DNA from: Callorhinchus milii
Lineage: Eukaryota
Assembly: GCF_018977255.1 (NCBI RefSeq)
Contig: NW_024704743.1
Coordinates: 63,304,001 to 63,368,000 of the forward strand
Direction: 5' to 3'
DNA length: 64,000 nt
The notes under the pieces are model-generated. The model ran no database searches. It was not told the DNA's origin and was given only the letters and a program-made list of their open reading frames with translations. This document shows positions 61,213-64,000 of the stretch, piece after piece (position 1 is the first letter of the stretch; each line of letters begins with the position of its first letter). Both the position numbers and the translations under genes were made by a program.

Positions 61213-62689
61213 TCCTTCTCCACTCTCTCTCTCTCTCTGGCAAGTCTCTATGGCTCTGAACTTTGCTAGTTTCACTCCTACTTGTCTCAGAGTTTTTACT
61301 ATGGCTCTCTAATGGCTTCTCTTCCTGGCCTGTAACAGACCTCAGTCCTCTCTTTTTCCATATTTACATGATTCTCCTTAATGACGTAATTCACAAGTAT
61401 GGGGATGACAGACTCTTGGATGAGCCTTAACTTTCTTCAAATCATTATCAACGAATCTGAGGCTGTGTTATGTTGTAGCATCTCAATTGCTTAGGGTATC
61501 ACCCTCCCTTGTTGCTCACTCCAGTTCATAGAACTTCTGCATTTTGTTTGACCTCAACTTTCTAATCAAGTCTGAATTCTGGGTCATCAGGTCGTCACTG
61601 ATGTGACTTCCTGTCCAGACTCAAGAACCGGATAATATAGTTTTGATTCTGTAAGAATTGTTTATAATACCTGTTGTATTAATTGTGCTTATGTTACAAT
61701 AAACCTTGATTACACCCAATTGAGATTGTCAAGTCGTTCATTAGTTACGATATTTGGAATAGGGAAGCCTTTCCAAATACCGACAACAATGTGAAATGCG
61801 TAGTAAGTGACATTGTACTATTTGCACTATAAGAGAACTCGTTTTTATAACAAAGCACTTTATAACAGGGTTCCACTGTATTGTTGTTATGTAGGGATGT
61901 TGAAATGTCTGAATCAGTTTCATCCTTGAATTGCATTCTTATGTTTGTTTCTAAAGGATCTTTCAAGTGTGGAATAATCTGTGGAACTCTGTAATCCACA
62001 GTGTCCCCTGTCTTGTCTTGACCAATCTATTTATACAGTGATTTTATAATAACTTATTTAGTGTAGTTGAAATACTTATTTTGCAGCAGGTATTGTTAAC
62101 AATACTCAATGCGATTACACACTCAATACTGTCCCAGCAACTTGCAGTGGAATGTTTTGTGACTTCAGGGTTGTATTCTCTGCAAGCTCCACCTAGGTAT
62201 CTGTGCAGAAGGAGATGTATTATTTTTATGGTTGACTTCACGAAATCTTGCAATAGTAAGCATATTGAGGTGTCTGCAGGATCGTGAGCTCCTGCTGCAC
62301 AAGTCCATCATTTCATGTTTCCAGTCATTAAATACTCTTTAAGTCTTACATAATACCTTATCCATTTTAGAGTGTAATTGCTTGGTGCTAATGAATCAAA
62401 CAAAAGAAGCTGATTTTTATTGAAGATATGAATTTAAAATAGCCTGCTTCTTGAGTTTCACATGAGTAGAAGTGAATCATGACTTTATATAGTATCTACA
62501 TGTATTACAGCAACACTTGCATTTATATAGTGTCCTTCACACGGGGTGACATCTCGATTAGATACTCCTAGAGTAAAACCAAATTTAAAAAAAAATGAGT
62601 ACAGAAGATAAATAGGGCAGTTCGGTTGAACGCAGTTATTCACTTGAATGAAGCGAGGGATTTAAAGTTCAAATATCAATAGTCTAGAT

Positions 62690-62775
62690 AGCCATGTAGT
62701 TTTATACACTGTCCTTTTATCTCTCAGACCTGGGTTTGAATTCAGTGCAGATTAATAGTATGAAAATCTCTGCTT
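62690..62775 (+). mobile_element. Possible LF-SINE-like head remnant
   Basis: ccttttatctctcagacctgggtttgaattcag resembles the recalled LF-SINE tRNA head. Short and diverged. Confidence 0.35.
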
Positions 62776-63059
62776 TCAGCAGAGTAAAATCAACCATTTA
62801 TTTCATAAGGAAGAAGTACTTGTTACTAACACTGAGTCACTGAAGTGGAAAAGTGGAAAAGTATTCCATTCTATGTTCCCTCTATTTTTTTCGGCCATGA
62901 GTGGAATGAATGTGGGTTTGTGCACCGATATAAAGGGAAGAGGTGAGGAATAGAAATGACGAAAGAAAAACGTCAAGCGGTATTCACGTCACGCAAGTGG
63001 ATGTGGCTATTGGTCCAGGCGGGAGATTTTGAAATGGAGTCTCTGCGCCTGGTACCTCC

Positions 63060-63400
63060 TTTCCTGGAACATGAAGCCATCTGATTAAAGGGAGTGGGTA
63101 GAGGAGTGGGATGCAAGCAGGTTGGAGAAATAGGGAGGTGTACACGAATGAGGATCTTGAAGTCAGTCCATTGTGCAATAGATAGTCAGTGGAGTCTGGC
63201 AGGGACTGGGGTGATGGGGTGTGGAGTTTGATATGGACAAGGATACGGGCGATGGAGTTTTGAATGAATTGAATTTTATGAATAGTGGAGCTGGGGAAAC
63301 TGGTGAGGAGGGCATTGGAAAAATTGAGGACAGGGATGACAAATGTGCGAAAGCATTTCAGCTGCGTTAGGTGTGTGGTATGGTTGGAGGTGGGCTGTAT
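63060..63400 (-). mobile_element. L2 LINE remnant
   Basis: gaggatcttgaagtc..gtcagtggag..ggagttttgaatga..ggtgaggagggcattgga, as in other L2 copies. Confidence 0.65.
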
Positions 63401-63675
63401 AAATGTACCATAAGAAATAATTAATTATTTAATTATAACATGCCTATTTATGTATCAGTATGTCCTTACTTTGGAGCACCGACAAATCAAATATTTTAAA
63501 CGTTTTACTATTACAACCCAAGCCTGTGTGTTAGAATTTGCACTTTTTGTATAATGTTAGAATCACAATAGATGTTGCGAACGGGTTAACTTTTAAGTTA
63601 AGTGTGGGCAGCTGGACTGAAACTCATGAGTTCCCAGGATCACGTGAATGTCTCAAGGATAAGATGTCTACTACT

Positions 63676-63829
63676 GCCGTCCCGGGTCGCGGAGACAAGG
63701 ATACGGGAGATGTAGCCGTCCCGGGTCGCGGAGACAAGGATACGGGAGATGTAGCCGTCCCGGGTCGCGGAGGCAAGGATACTGGAGATGGGGCCATCCC
63801 GGGCTGCGGAGACAAGGCTACGGAAATGG
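63676..63829 (+). repeat. 39-bp CpG-rich tandem repeat x4 (gccgtcccgggtcgcggagacaaggatacgggagatgta)
   Basis: Units start at 63676, 63715, 63754 and 63793. The first two are identical. Confidence 0.95.
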
Positions 63830-64000
63830 AAGACCGAGAGCTAGAAACACTAAGACTGAGGATATCAGATGGAAGATTGAAAGCTGTAAGCAAGAAGACT
63901 GAAAGCATGAAGAATCAAGCTTGTGTGCTGTAAAGACACAGTGTTGCACTCTTGAACTCGAGATATCTATAGTGGTGTTATTCTGTTATAAGATCTTTTG

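Noticed and set aside
56898..64000. INO80C exon 3 (KKNRTWKNLKQI) and, at the left edge, the next GALNT1 exon
   Set aside because: Not found by eye; probably outside the window.

Overview
Vertebrate nuclear DNA, AT-rich and repeat-dense. The repeat landscape (tRNA-Ala-headed SINE with an L2-type tail, Deu-domain SINEs, CR1 and L2 LINEs, a Penelope-like end) points to a cartilaginous fish, probably a chimaera/elephant shark; this is an inference. Two genes diverge head-to-head. GALNT1 is on the minus strand: inferred non-coding exon 1 at ~44809-45360, a 37-kb first intron, coding exons at 7538-7676 and 2105-2273, and the rest beyond the left edge. INO80C/IES6 is on the plus strand: coding exons at 48106-48261 and 56787-56897, and the rest beyond the right edge. 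Their two CpG-island promoters are separated by a 1.85-kb G-rich TGACAG minisatellite. Almost all long ORFs in the track come from repeats or low-complexity sequence. I found no convincing new multi-gene system. The most notable structures are two inverted, degenerate hammerhead-ribozyme cores (49289-49343), a 200-bp CpG-rich fold-back (1270-1471), a perfect 26-bp hairpin at a SINE 5' junction (38868-38925), a 404-bp CACTG-ended MITE (42474-42877), an unassigned SINE-like family sharing the L2 tail (two copies), a covarying SINE/LINE tail stem-loop and a pre-miRNA-like hairpin (59376-59440). Repeat family names and human comparisons are from recall, and repeat boundaries are approximate.
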